Source: a bacterium (GTDB taxonomy: Bacteria > SM23-31). Taken from it: DNA of 64,000 bases. The stretch's first letter is position 1. Each line of letters opens with the position of its first letter. The notes under the pieces were generated by a model. That model saw only the letters and a program-made list of their open reading frames with translations. It was not told the DNA's origin and searched no databases. The DNA lies in the NCBI GenBank assembly GCA_965249485.1, contig OZ252239.1, positions 1,056,001 through 1,120,000 of the forward strand, written 5' to 3'. Positions 43,173-54,514 of this stretch are shown piece by piece. The position numbers and the translations under genes are program-made.

Positions 43173-43721
43173 ATGATCAGTATCGTAATAGGATCAGCAA
43201 TCGGATGTGCCTTCCTCATCCGTATCGTTGTCGGTCTTTTCCGGCCTCCGACGAAACTCGGGAAAAAAGCGGCCACAGCGTTAATGTTAATAACGTGTGC
43301 CGGTTTAATAATAGCAATAATTGAATCGGAATCTATAAACGGCTATCTGGAAATGCGGTCTTGGCCTGCGGTCAACGGCACTATTCGGACTTCCGTCGTT
43401 GTAGGAGCGCGCGCCTTTCGTCCCGAGGTTACGTATGAATTCCATGTCGATGGTTCGGATTATTCAAGGACTACCGACCTGCAAATGCCTCCGTTCGGGG
43501 GCAGGATCAGTAAAATGGATGCTGCACAAAAGCTCTCTGGGATGTATCCTGACAATTCCCGGGTTGTCGTGTATTACGATCCTGTGAATCCGAAAAACTC
43601 GCGCATCAAGATAGGTGTCCCTGTGGAGAATTATCTGAAACTTTCATTCAGTTTCTTTTTGTTGTGCGGCGGATTAGTTTTTCTCATGTGCTCGTATCCC
43701 CGTAAAAAAGAGATAAATTGA
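43173..43721 (+). CDS. DUF3592-like membrane protein
   Basis: TM segments around SWPAVNGTI...YEFHVDG...VYYDPVNP. Confidence 0.7.
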   Translation: MISIVIGSAIGCAFLIRIVVGLFRPPTKLGKKAATALMLITCAGLIIAIIESESINGYLEMRSWPAVNGTIRTSVVVGARAFRPEVTYEFHVDGSDYSRTTDLQMPPFGGRISKMDAAQKLSGMYPDNSRVVVYYDPVNPKNSRIKIGVPVENYLKLSFSFFLLCGGLVFLMCSYPRKKEIN

Positions 43722-43866
43722 GAAGTCCTCAACCTACATGCTATCCCGAAAATCTGCTTGCGATAGGCCCAATATTTTGCTACTTTACGCATCGTTTTAA
43801 GCACAAATATCTTATCAGTAATTATAGTCATTCGGGATACCTGAAGCACAATCAAACGGAGATATA

Positions 43867-44325
43867 ATGGCAAAAGTTGCGATACTAATTGGAAGCGAAT
43901 CCGACCGCGAAGTAATGAATGATTCGATTAAATATCTCGATTATTTCGGAATAGAAAACGAAATGCATGTTCTTTCAGCTCACCGTAACGCCGATGCGGC
44001 GACAACGTTCGTCAAAGAAGCAGCCGGAAACGGTTTTGTCTGTATAATTGCCGGGGCCGGTATGGCTGCCCATTTACCAGGAGTTGCAGCCGCCCATACA
44101 CACCTTCCGGTGATAGGCGTTCCGCTCGATGCTTCGCCGCTCAATGGAGTCGATGCGCTTTATTCGATAGTGCAAATGCCTCCCGGTATTCCTGTGGGAA
44201 CGGTCGCAATCGGAAAACCAGGTGCTCGGAATGCTGCTGTCCTCGCAGCACGGATTATTGCACTAAACGATTCCGCTGTTCTGCAGAAACTGGAAGAATT
44301 TAAGCAAAAGGGTTTTAAATTATAA
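43867..44325 (+). CDS. purE: N5-CAIR mutase
   Basis: GSESD, SAHR, GAGMAAHLPG, LPVIGVP, SIVQMPPGIPV. Confidence 0.97.
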   Translation: MAKVAILIGSESDREVMNDSIKYLDYFGIENEMHVLSAHRNADAATTFVKEAAGNGFVCIIAGAGMAAHLPGVAAAHTHLPVIGVPLDASPLNGVDALYSIVQMPPGIPVGTVAIGKPGARNAAVLAARIIALNDSAVLQKLEEFKQKGFKL

Positions 44326-44380
44326 AAGACGAATCCGGATTTAGTTGTGCATTCGGTATGGAAGTAATGAGATAATCATT

Positions 44381-45316
44381 ATGGCACAACGTTCCATAGC
44401 GGTAATCGGTACGATATGCTGTGATGAGATTCGCCGGCCGGGTCGAAATCCGGTAACCGGATACGGCGGCATTTACTATTCGCTCATTACACTTGCACAG
44501 CTTTTTGACAGAAGTGATTCGATTTATCCGATCTGTTCGGTTGGTGAAGAAGATTATTCTGCTCTTATTCATGAAATCAAGCATTATACGGCAATAAAAC
44601 ACGACCGGATTTCACACTATCCCGGCCCGAATAATCGGGTTGTTTTAGACTATTATTCTCAGGAGGAACGTCGGGAATTTTCAACATATCTGCCCAAGCA
44701 GTTTACCTGTAGCGATATTGTTCCACTGCCAGATGTAGGACTTGTACTCCTGAACTTTGTTTCGGGTAAGGAAATGAGTTATAAAACGGTGTGTGCCCTG
44801 AGACGGCGGATGAAGGTCCCGCTTTTTATCGACCTGCATAGCATTTTTCTCGGATTCGGAAAGAACGGTGAGCGGTTCTACCGTACAGGAGAAAAGTGGA
44901 CTCATTGGCACCGAAGCGGAGATATTTTACAGATGAACAGCACTGAAGCGCAGATCCTTGCCGGGGAAGAATTCAATGAGCCGTCCCGTGTCGAAACGTT
45001 TGGAAAGTATCTTGTCGATCAGGGTGCTTCTGTTGTTCTGATTACTGAGGGGCACAAAGGATCAGTAGTTGTTTGGAAAAAAGAATCAAAGACGTTTGTC
45101 AAACGAATCCCGGCTTATAAATCGGAAAAATCCATCGATCCGACAGGCTGCGGGGATATATACTCATCTGCATTTGCCTACCGGTATGGAGACGGTGCCG
45201 ATCCCGCAGAAGCGGCCAATTTTGCAAGCATGGTATCCGGTATACGCGCAAGCATGAACTCCAGCAGTGAACTTTCTTCTATGCGGAGTACATTGCAGCA
45301 CAAAGGTCTGTTATGA
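44381..45316 (+). CDS. PfkB-family carbohydrate kinase
   Basis: DPTGCGD signature; ITEGHKGS; ORF track start 44345. Confidence 0.85.
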   Translation: MAQRSIAVIGTICCDEIRRPGRNPVTGYGGIYYSLITLAQLFDRSDSIYPICSVGEEDYSALIHEIKHYTAIKHDRISHYPGPNNRVVLDYYSQEERREFSTYLPKQFTCSDIVPLPDVGLVLLNFVSGKEMSYKTVCALRRRMKVPLFIDLHSIFLGFGKNGERFYRTGEKWTHWHRSGDILQMNSTEAQILAGEEFNEPSRVETFGKYLVDQGASVVLITEGHKGSVVVWKKESKTFVKRIPAYKSEKSIDPTGCGDIYSSAFAYRYGDGADPAEAANFASMVSGIRASMNSSSELSSMRSTLQHKGLL

Positions 45317-45499
45317 TAGAATGTATGTAATAACTGTAGCACTATTCCAACATAGTACTTGCGATGTATATAGTAGTAAATGTCAGTGATTAAATAGTCA
45401 TTTCGACCGTAGTCTTTTTGAAGGACCGGGATGATTGGGTCAGTTCACAATTATAAGCACACTTAAATACAAATTTTCTTTGGAAGATGAGGCCGTACA

Positions 45500-46861
45500 A
45501 TGAACCGGAACGCACTATGGAGGTATTGTTCACTCTGTTTATTAATGCTATTCATCGGCTTTTCGGGATGTTCAAGCGTATCCCGTCTTAATTCACCTGA
45601 AGAAACTCCTCCTTCCGGCGAATCAGGACAAGTTCCGCAGCAGACGGTACGCCAGCAGGAACCTGAGGAACAGAAACCGCCTGAGTCGCTGACAAAAAAA
45701 ATACTATACGCACCGGTAAGAATTCCCATCTGGCTTATAAAAACTGCATTTGCTATACCGAAATTTATCATAACCCTGCCGTTTCGCCCGTTTATGTCGA
45801 AACCTGATCCGGTACCAATAGAGCCTGTGGCTTCCATACCTTCTGTTGGTGCAGCCGGTCAGACTATACCCGCTCAACAACAGCTGGCTGCTAATCCTTC
45901 AGGAGGTGTCGGGATCGTTCCCACAGCGCCAACTGCACTGTCGGCCGAACTCCAGCAGATTTCGACTGAACTCAGAATGATTTCTCAGGAGCTAAAACAG
46001 ATTACAGAGATACTAAGATATATGAGTGGAGCGGCACCAGGAACAATTCCCCGGCCACCCTCGCCACCTCAGATACCCGAAACGATTCGTCCGGTTTTTC
46101 CGTCTGACACAACTGTGCGGCCGTCTTCTCAATCAGGAGTACAGAATGTAGCCGCCGCACGCCAAGCTGTGAATACCGCTCAATCAGCACTGACAGAAGC
46201 AAACACTGCTGTTGAGGAAGTTTCCGGTGGTATGACGATTGTGCCGGAACCGGAAGAAGAACCGGAACCTGCAATGCCGACCGCCTCGTATCAATTAACG
46301 ATAACATCAGTCGAGAGGCCTGATCTGGCAGATATAATGGGAGGAATGCCGGATATATCGAGCGATGATTCGGGTAATCTAATCTATGCGGACAGTTTTG
46401 TAACATTTGTATGGTCTATCGAACCGCGAGATATTAGTGTCACTTTTACTAATAATTCAACCGATACACTGACTATTCTCTGGAAAGATGCAGGTTTTAT
46501 CGACGAAAACAATGAGCGGCATCCCGTGATTCATGAGAAAATTACCTATAAGAATACGGAAACAGAACAGGAACCTACAATGTTGCTGCCGAATGGTAGA
46601 ATGTCTGATGTTCTCTATCCTGCTGATTATCTCATCTTTAACAAATCGACTGGATGGCTCCAGTACCCGATTATGCCGTATACAGCATTCGATCTCAGAA
46701 CGAAAACCCGTACCACCGATGAAAAGTTCAGTGCATTAGCTGACGAATATGTTGGAACGTCGTTTCAGATTGCTGTTCCAATACAGTTTCGCGAAGAACT
46801 CTTTGAATATCTGTTCACATTTGAAGTTGAGGACTCATTTGTTTCAATAGAGCAGCAATGA
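45500..46861 (+). CDS. Hypothetical lipoprotein with Pro/Gln-rich and coiled-coil segments
   Basis: FSGC lipobox; low-complexity linkers; globular C-terminal domain. Confidence 0.7.
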   Translation: MNRNALWRYCSLCLLMLFIGFSGCSSVSRLNSPEETPPSGESGQVPQQTVRQQEPEEQKPPESLTKKILYAPVRIPIWLIKTAFAIPKFIITLPFRPFMSKPDPVPIEPVASIPSVGAAGQTIPAQQQLAANPSGGVGIVPTAPTALSAELQQISTELRMISQELKQITEILRYMSGAAPGTIPRPPSPPQIPETIRPVFPSDTTVRPSSQSGVQNVAAARQAVNTAQSALTEANTAVEEVSGGMTIVPEPEEEPEPAMPTASYQLTITSVERPDLADIMGGMPDISSDDSGNLIYADSFVTFVWSIEPRDISVTFTNNSTDTLTILWKDAGFIDENNERHPVIHEKITYKNTETEQEPTMLLPNGRMSDVLYPADYLIFNKSTGWLQYPIMPYTAFDLRTKTRTTDEKFSALADEYVGTSFQIAVPIQFREELFEYLFTFEVEDSFVSIEQQ

Positions 46862-46878
46862 TTGGCTGAAATTGTACA

Positions 46879-47802
46879 GTGTTTATGAAAAAAATCCGCA
46901 TTATACTAACTGGTTGTCATGGTTTGCTTGGACAACGACTTGTTCAAGAAATGAGAGATGATGTGCTTGTGCTTGGTGTCGATCTTCATGAAACTCCTCA
47001 TATTCATGGGGAACATTTTCAATATGCACAGCTCGATATTACATCACGGGCGGATGTTAAACATATCTTCAGCGAATTTGCTCCGAATGTAGTCATAAAT
47101 ACTGCGGCTTTTACCGATGTCGATACATGCGAAACAGAAAAAGAGACGTGTTGGCGTGTCAATGTTGATGGTGTCAAACATATTGCGTATGCAGCTCATA
47201 AGTTGAAAGCAAAGGTTATACAATTTTCAACCGATTATATCTTTAATAGCAGGAAGGAAGTCTATACAGAGGACGATACACCGGAGCCGTTAAACTATTA
47301 TGGAAAGTCAAAGCTCGCAAGTGAAAACATCATCAAGGCCGGAGGCGAAAATTGGGCTATTGTACGGACATCAACACTTTTTGATGTCGATACACTCCTC
47401 GATAAACAGAATTTCGTGACATGGGTAATAAAAAATCTTCAGCAGGGGAACACAATTAAGGTTGTTTCCGATCAGTGGAGTAATCCTACATTGGCTAGGA
47501 ACCTTGCACAGTTAGTTTGGAATATTGTATACAATAACTTTACGAGTGTCTATCATGCGGTTGGTAGAGATAACACGAACAGATTTGCATTTGCTAAACG
47601 TATTGCTTCCATATTCGATCTCAACGAATGGTTAATTGAAGAAATAACCACCGAAGAACTTGGACAAAAAGCGCAGAGACCGCAAAAAATAGGACTCGAT
47701 ATTTCGAAAATTGAGAGTGAATGTAACATTAAGATGTTAGGAATTGAAGATAGTCTGGTGATTTTCAAGCACGATTATCTTGAAATGCACCGAATCAATT
47801 AA
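46879..47802 (+). CDS. rfbD: dTDP-4-dehydrorhamnose reductase family
   Basis: TGCHGLLG, NTAAFTDVD, STDYIF, YGKSK, DQWSNPT. Confidence 0.88.
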   Translation: MFMKKIRIILTGCHGLLGQRLVQEMRDDVLVLGVDLHETPHIHGEHFQYAQLDITSRADVKHIFSEFAPNVVINTAAFTDVDTCETEKETCWRVNVDGVKHIAYAAHKLKAKVIQFSTDYIFNSRKEVYTEDDTPEPLNYYGKSKLASENIIKAGGENWAIVRTSTLFDVDTLLDKQNFVTWVIKNLQQGNTIKVVSDQWSNPTLARNLAQLVWNIVYNNFTSVYHAVGRDNTNRFAFAKRIASIFDLNEWLIEEITTEELGQKAQRPQKIGLDISKIESECNIKMLGIEDSLVIFKHDYLEMHRIN

Positions 47803-47853
47803 GCGAAGCAAAATTTCTGTAAATGGAATATTAGAATTTCCATCGATCTAAGT

Positions 47854-48579
47854 GTGAGGAATATGAAAGCGCTTGTTATAATTCCAACGTACAACGAAAA
47901 AGAAAATATTGCGAAAATTGTTGATGTTGTACTCAAGACCACCGAAACAGTACAAGTCCTTGTTGTGGATGACAATTCACCCGACGGAACGGCTGAGATT
48001 GTCCGGACGATTCAAAAAAGCGAACCGAGAGTTCATCTTCTCTTCAGGGAAAATAAGCAGGGATTGGGAAGAGCGTATATCGCAGGATTCCGCTATGCTA
48101 TCGAAAACAAATACGACTACATTTTCGAAATGGATGCAGATTTTTCTCACGATCCGAATGAAATACCTAATTTCCTGCAAAAGATTCAGGGTTATGATCT
48201 TGTCCTCGGTTCCCGCTATCTGCATGGAGTAACTGTGATAAACTGGCCGCTCAGAAGGTTATTTCTGAGTTATTCGGCTAATGTCTATACACGGATTATA
48301 ACCGGAATGCAGGTGAAAGATGCAACCGGCGGTTTCAAATGTTTCCGAAGAGAAGTACTTGAAGCAATCGATCTTGATAATGTGAAATCGGGTGGATATG
48401 CATTTCAGATCGAGATGTCGTTCAAAGCATGGAAAAAAGGATTCAAAATCGTTGAGCATCCTATTATTTTTACCGACCGTATTGTAGGAACGTCAAAAAT
48501 GTCGAAGAAAATCATATACGAAGCGATCTGGATGGTATGGAAACTCCGTATTATGAGTATACTCGGTATGTTGAAATAG
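47854..48579 (+). CDS. Polyprenol-monophosphomannose synthase-like GT2
   Basis: IPTYNE, DDNSPDGT, GLGRAY, MDADFSH, DATGGF. Confidence 0.9.
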   Translation: MRNMKALVIIPTYNEKENIAKIVDVVLKTTETVQVLVVDDNSPDGTAEIVRTIQKSEPRVHLLFRENKQGLGRAYIAGFRYAIENKYDYIFEMDADFSHDPNEIPNFLQKIQGYDLVLGSRYLHGVTVINWPLRRLFLSYSANVYTRIITGMQVKDATGGFKCFRREVLEAIDLDNVKSGGYAFQIEMSFKAWKKGFKIVEHPIIFTDRIVGTSKMSKKIIYEAIWMVWKLRIMSILGMLK

Positions 48580-48643
48580 CAGGTGTCATGCAGTCCGGTC
48601 TGAATTACGAAATAAAATCTGTCTATTCTTCCTGTTATAACTT

Positions 48644-49528
48644 ATGTCCCGCCTCACCGTTATTATTGTAAATTACAATGTCCGCTCTTATCTGGAGCAG
48701 TCACTCCTTTCTGTACTAAGCGCCCTGCAGCACATCTCTTCGGAGATCATCGTAGTCGATAACGCTTCGACAGACGGCAGTATGGAAATGGTGCGGTCTC
48801 AATTTCCCGGTGTAAACTTCATTGTCAATGACTACAATGTTGGATTTGCCTGCGCAAACAACATGGCGCTTCAGCAGGTACAAGGCGAGTTTATTGTCCT
48901 CTTGAATCCGGATACTCTTGTAAGACGAGATACCTTTACAGTGCTACTGGAATCGTTTAGTAAATTTCCCGAGTCCGGAATGATCGGCGGAAAAATCTTG
49001 AATGAGGACGGTTCGCTCCAGCTGAGCTGTCGAAGAAGTTTTCCAACTCCCTGGGTTTCATTTACTCGTCTTACCGGATTGAGCAGGCTCTTCCCAAAAA
49101 GCAGAATGTTTGCACAGTATAACCTGACATTTTTTGACCAGAATGAATGGAGCGAAGTTGATGCAGTGTCAGGTTCTTTTATGGCAATCCGAAAGAAAGT
49201 TCTCAAGGATGTCGGCTATCTCGATGAGCGCTTTTTTATGTATGGAGAAGATCTTGACTGGTGTTACCGCATCAAACAGGCAGGATGGAAAATTATTTAC
49301 GAACCTCGTGCTGTCATTACCCACTTTAAGGGGAGGAGTTCTCGTGAATATGATTGGGACCATACGAAACATTTTTACACAGCAATGCGTTTATTTGCAG
49401 AAAAACATTTCCGGTCGAATAAAACGTGGATTCCTTTCTGGCTAATTGATGCGGGAATAATCATATTTAAAATTGCTGCGTATCTTCATATTCAGGTTAT
49501 GAAGCTGTGGAGCCGCGGTGAAAAATAG
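48644..49528 (+). CDS. GT2 glycosyltransferase
   Basis: IVNYN, VDNAS.DG, GFACANN, LLNPD, FFMYGEDLDW. Confidence 0.9.
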   Translation: MSRLTVIIVNYNVRSYLEQSLLSVLSALQHISSEIIVVDNASTDGSMEMVRSQFPGVNFIVNDYNVGFACANNMALQQVQGEFIVLLNPDTLVRRDTFTVLLESFSKFPESGMIGGKILNEDGSLQLSCRRSFPTPWVSFTRLTGLSRLFPKSRMFAQYNLTFFDQNEWSEVDAVSGSFMAIRKKVLKDVGYLDERFFMYGEDLDWCYRIKQAGWKIIYEPRAVITHFKGRSSREYDWDHTKHFYTAMRLFAEKHFRSNKTWIPFWLIDAGIIIFKIAAYLHIQVMKLWSRGEK

Positions 49529-49704
49529 AAGGAAAAATTGAGAAAAATACGCTATAAGTAATTGTGAAAATTATACTTTGCATTAAAAAATAATAGTTGT
49601 ATATTGGGTGCTCTGTTACTGAAAACTGTATTCGAGAATTCAGATTGACAGAAACGATATATAGCGAGGATTGAACATAACCCGGTTTTTCGGGGAGATT
49701 TAAT

Positions 49705-50658
49705 ATGCTTCATATACTTGAGTTTGAAAAACCAATTGTTGAGCTTGAAAAGAAAATTGATGAAATGCGCGAATATGCTGACTCCGGCAATATCGATATG
49801 TCGGCTGAGATCAGTAAGCTCGAAAAACGGTGTGAAAAACTCAAACAAGATGTTTATTCTAATCTGAGCAGATGGCAGCGTGTCCAGCTCGCTCGCCATC
49901 CAGAACGTCCCTATACACTCGATTATGCAAAGCGGATATGCTCCAGGTTTATCGAAGTCCATGGGGACAGATTCTACGCTGATGATAAAGCGATTGTCGG
50001 CGGTTTTGCAACTATTGAGGGAAGAGACGTCGTATTAATCGGCCACCAGAAGGGAAGAGGGACAAAAAATAATCTTTACCGAAATTTCGGAATGCCTAAC
50101 CCAGAAGGCTACAGGAAAGCGCTCAGGTTAATGAAACTTGCCGCAAAGTTTAATAAACCGATTGTAACTCTTATCGACACACCGGGCGCGTTTCCCGGTA
50201 AAGGTTCCGAAGAACGAGGTGTGGCGGAAGCAATTGCCCGTAATCTCTTTGAAATGTCACTGCTTCCGGTACCGATAGTTTGTGTCGTAACCGGTGAGGG
50301 AGGCAGCGGGGGAGCGCTTGCGATTGCAGTTGGTGACAGAGTATTAATGCTGGAAAACTCGATTTATTCGGTCATCTCTCCCGAAGGATGTGCTTCAATT
50401 TTACTCCGCGATGCAACAAAAGCAGATCAGATGGCAGATTCACTCAAAGTAACAGCAGAAGATTTGATGGAATTAAAAATAGTTGATGGTGTCATCAAGG
50501 AGCCCGTCGGTGGCGCCCATAGAGATTACGACGAAACGGCCTCCACACTCAAAAAAACCATTCTCACCACATTGGACATGTTGGATCAACTTTCTCCGGA
50601 AGAACTCATCGACCAGCGGTCTGAAAAATTCGGTACAATGGGTGTGTGGACAGAATAG
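49705..50658 (+). CDS. accA: Acetyl-CoA carboxylase carboxyltransferase alpha subunit
   Basis: [47 protein letters not shown]. Confidence 0.97.
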   Translation: MLHILEFEKPIVELEKKIDEMREYADSGNIDMSAEISKLEKRCEKLKQDVYSNLSRWQRVQLARHPERPYTLDYAKRICSRFIEVHGDRFYADDKAIVGGFATIEGRDVVLIGHQKGRGTKNNLYRNFGMPNPEGYRKALRLMKLAAKFNKPIVTLIDTPGAFPGKGSEERGVAEAIARNLFEMSLLPVPIVCVVTGEGGSGGALAIAVGDRVLMLENSIYSVISPEGCASILLRDATKADQMADSLKVTAEDLMELKIVDGVIKEPVGGAHRDYDETASTLKKTILTTLDMLDQLSPEELIDQRSEKFGTMGVWTE

Positions 50659-50897
50659 ACCATTTGATGCATCAGAAATGTAATTTGTTCCGACCAGCCC
50701 ACAATTAATCTCAAAAAATTTCAGTGATTTTCACTTCTTTCTTTCTCGTACTTTTCCTATATTGCTTCGTTACTTTACAATGAATTCGAATCATATTCGA
50801 AGGACCATGCTACTCAATTAATCCTGTTACGTAAATTGCAGATCTGGTCACTCCACAACGTTAAGCTCCTAACAGAATACAAAATATCTTATGTGCA

Positions 50898-52120
50898 ATG
50901 AAAAATAAAATTGTATATACTGCAATTATCGTATCTGTTCTTTTGAGGATGGGATTTGTACTCTTTCGCCCGCTGTGGCAGGCACCGGATGAGTATCCTC
51001 ACTTTTATTACATTCAGCACTGGGAAAAAAACAATAGCAGGCCTCAATATCAGGTAGAATATCCATATTATCAATCACATCAGCCACCTCTCTATTATAT
51101 TTGTTCTGCATATATACTCAAAACCGCCTCATTACTTTTTGATAATGATGAGGAAGATTCTTCCGATGCAAATTCATCTCAAAGATGGTCCAGAGAAATG
51201 ATTGTGCTGCGATTTTTTCATTTATTCTTGGTCTCTGCTCACTCGCACTTTCTTGGAAAATAATGGAAGAAATTTTTCCGGACAAGCTTGATATCTGCAA
51301 GGCCGCATTTGTTTTATTACTTTTTCACCCCACATTTTTATCGAATACAACCAGCATCACCAACGATGCCTTAGCTGTCTTGACAGGTACTGTGTTACTC
51401 TATGGTATTCTCAAAAATATCCATGTATGCAGACCTGAAGTAACGGGACTGCTCATATTAATTGGTGTTTTTACAAAGTCTAGTCTACTACTTTTTCTCC
51501 CGTTTATTGCTCTTTTAGTACTTCATTCGGATAAAAAACCAATTACAAAAATAAAAATATGCTTCCGGATATGTATTCCTTTCCTTCTTGCGTATGGTAT
51601 GGTCAAACTCGTACATCCATTTGCTGGTGAATCGAATTTGATGCCACCGCTCACTTTCACTACCGATTCTATTGCTCCGTTTAGAATTTATCAGGTATTC
51701 AGGAACTTCTTCTGGAGCTTTTGGGTTGCTTTCGGCAGAATATATGAAATTCACTTGTCACCGCATTATTATTTGATAGTTTTCATGCCATTTTCACTTG
51801 CAGTATGCGGCGGTATTATAAAAGGTCGTAAAAATCTATTTTGTAATAGTAAAAAAAGTAATACATTTCAGAATTTTCTGATATTACTTTTAATATTCTT
51901 TTGTTCCTCGATCTGTTTCAGTATGTTTTTCTCATTTACTGATTATTTAAACACTTCGTGGGGTAAAAATATATTTCCAATTCTATCTGCAGTTTATGTT
52001 ATCTTTATATTTGGATTGGATACACTACTGAAACAGAGAGCTAAGGAAATATTCTTAATGCTAGCAGGTATATGTTTTACAATTGATTACTGGGCGTTAT
52101 TCATTCTTACTAGGATGTAA
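50898..52120 (+). CDS. Multi-TM GT-C-like glycosyltransferase, split by a frameshift in a T run near 51213
   Basis: APDEYPH and HQPPLYY in the first ORF; ITND and TK motifs plus many TMs in the second. Confidence 0.65.
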
Positions 52121-52157
52121 ACCTGCTGTCAGTGGAAAAACAATTTTCAAAACCATA

Positions 52158-54356
52158 ATGCTTAAAATTGTTATTATTGCTTCATTCTGCATACTATCTA
52201 CAGCAAATCTTGCTGCACAGCAATTCTCGTTTCAATCTATAACTTTTCTCGGAAATGTTCACGACATTGTTTCTGTAGAAAATACAATATGGGGTGTTAC
52301 GAGTGGTGGTGTGATTGCCTACTCGCAGGAAACTAATGCAATAACAATACTGAATAACACGAACGGACTCTCTTCAAATAATCCTTCATCAATTGTTCGG
52401 GACAACCAAAACCGTTTATGGTTAGGAATGGACGATGGTTCGTTGAATGTGATTCACCTTGAGAATGAAGCTGTTTCAAAGGTGGTCATCGATCCCGATC
52501 CTGTGCGTATCAACGATATTGAAGTGATTGACAACAATCTTTATCTCGCCATGGATATCGGTGTCAGTCAATTCCTCATTGATAAACAGGAAATTAAATC
52601 AACATATCGGAATCTCGGAAGTTTTATAAGCAACACACCGGTTCTAAAACTTTATGTCGCGGACGGAAAAATTTGGGCGGCGACCGAAAGGGGGATTGCA
52701 ACGGCAGATATCGCATCACCGAACCTTCAGGACCCTCAGTTTTGGGAAAATTTTACTATCACCGACGGACTCCCGTCAAATACAGTTACCGGTTTTATTG
52801 CAGGAACCGGATTCGTTCTGGCGGCGACCAACAATGGAGTTGTCCGAATTGTAAATGGTGCTGTTTTCGCTGATGGACTATCAGGCATATCTATCAACAG
52901 TTTTACAGAAGTAGAGGGTGTCATATATGCTGCGGCAATATCGGGATTATATGCGCGGGAAGGAGCAGGTAGCTGGACGGTAGTTACTCCTTCACTGGAT
53001 AACGTGAATGTATTGACCAGTGACGATAACGGGTTATTATGGGCCGGCCGAAATGGACAGGGATTAAGTGTACTTAATGAAACCGGACAGGAGTGGATTA
53101 CCATTGAACCTCCCGGACCCGGTGGCAATTCGTTTGAAGAGATGCAATTCGACAGTCAGGACAGGCTCTGGGTAGCTACCGGAATAACTTCAAACAACGG
53201 CGTCTATATGTTTGACGGATCAGACTGGAAACACTTTACGAGGGATGATGATCTTGTATCCAACAATACAACAGGCGTGGCGGTAGATTCACAGGACAGA
53301 GTCTGGATCGGAACACCTGGACAAGGACTTATGATTCTTGATATGCAGAACGAAGATCTTGCTGTAACGATTATCAATGAAACAGATGGGAAATTAAGTG
53401 GCGCAGTATCTGAGTCATTTGTTGTTGTTAATAATATTGTCCGTGGAACGGACGATGTAATATGGCTTGTCAATACATTTGCCGATAATGGGAAGGCAAT
53501 TGTCGCCGTAACATCGGATGACGTGTGGCACTATTTTTCGACAAACGATGGACTTTCAAGTACCGCAATCAGAGATATTATATTTGACCCAGCTAACAGG
53601 CTGTGGATTGCAACGGAAAACAACGGTGTCAGCGTGCTCGATTACCGGAATACTCTTGCGGATAAGTCTGATGATATATGGACACATTTTACAACATCAG
53701 ACGGTCTCAGCTCAGACCGGATAGTTTCACTGGCGGCTGATAAATTATTCGGCATGTGGATCGGAACCGAGAATGGTGTTGATTTCATTGTTGATGGTCT
53801 GCCCGTACAGAGAATTTTCGGAACAATTGACAATACGATATCTACAATTGCCGTAGATCCGGCGAATAATAAATGGATGGGAACACGAAAAGGAATCAGT
53901 ATCCTTGCGCCTGACAATTTCACCTTCTCGCATCTAACTACCGGCAACAGTGATCTCGTGGATGAGTCGATCATCCACATTCTCATAAATGAAAAAGACG
54001 GAAAAGTGTATGCAGGTACAGGAAGTGGCTTATCGGTAATTTCAACTCCATTCAAAACATCTCCACAATCGTTTGACGAAATAACTGTCTTTCCGAATCC
54101 CTTCATTCTCGACGGTTCAGCCACATCCCTCACAATTGAAAATCTCAAGCTCAATAGTACGGTTCTCATCGCTACAATTAGCGGGAATGTAATCCGGAAG
54201 TTAACGGAAAAAGGAGGAATTGTAACAGGTACGCAGGCAATTTGGGACGGAAGAGATGAGAATAATAATCTCGTCCCGACGGGAATATATATCATCGCTG
54301 CGGGAGTCAACGGTCAAGGTCATGGCACTCAAAAAGTAGCGGTTATTCGGCAATAA
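52158..54356 (+). CDS. porZ: PorZ-like beta-propeller protein with C-terminal sorting domain
   Basis: Repeated GL.SN...D...LW..T..G propeller units; C-terminal FPNPF...WDG...TGIY; near porU and porV. ORF track start 52083. Confidence 0.7.
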   Translation: MLKIVIIASFCILSTANLAAQQFSFQSITFLGNVHDIVSVENTIWGVTSGGVIAYSQETNAITILNNTNGLSSNNPSSIVRDNQNRLWLGMDDGSLNVIHLENEAVSKVVIDPDPVRINDIEVIDNNLYLAMDIGVSQFLIDKQEIKSTYRNLGSFISNTPVLKLYVADGKIWAATERGIATADIASPNLQDPQFWENFTITDGLPSNTVTGFIAGTGFVLAATNNGVVRIVNGAVFADGLSGISINSFTEVEGVIYAAAISGLYAREGAGSWTVVTPSLDNVNVLTSDDNGLLWAGRNGQGLSVLNETGQEWITIEPPGPGGNSFEEMQFDSQDRLWVATGITSNNGVYMFDGSDWKHFTRDDDLVSNNTTGVAVDSQDRVWIGTPGQGLMILDMQNEDLAVTIINETDGKLSGAVSESFVVVNNIVRGTDDVIWLVNTFADNGKAIVAVTSDDVWHYFSTNDGLSSTAIRDIIFDPANRLWIATENNGVSVLDYRNTLADKSDDIWTHFTTSDGLSSDRIVSLAADKLFGMWIGTENGVDFIVDGLPVQRIFGTIDNTISTIAVDPANNKWMGTRKGISILAPDNFTFSHLTTGNSDLVDESIIHILINEKDGKVYAGTGSGLSVISTPFKTSPQSFDEITVFPNPFILDGSATSLTIENLKLNSTVLIATISGNVIRKLTEKGGIVTGTQAIWDGRDENNNLVPTGIYIIAAGVNGQGHGTQKVAVIRQ

Positions 54357-54514
54357 GATGAGAGTTCTATTGAGGCCGCCTTTGGGATTTTAATCTTCAT
54401 GACATATACGGATAGAATGCCAATCTTCACATTTTTTTTAAAACTTGCATGTGAAAGATGAGTTTCACGGAATAAAGTCCGATAATAGAGATAGTAACAA
54501 ATCGAATACATTGA

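Noticed and set aside
51205..51225. Programmed frameshift in the GT-C-like gene
   Set aside because: A single indel in a short T run is more simply a sequencing error or mutation; no stimulatory structure was noticed.
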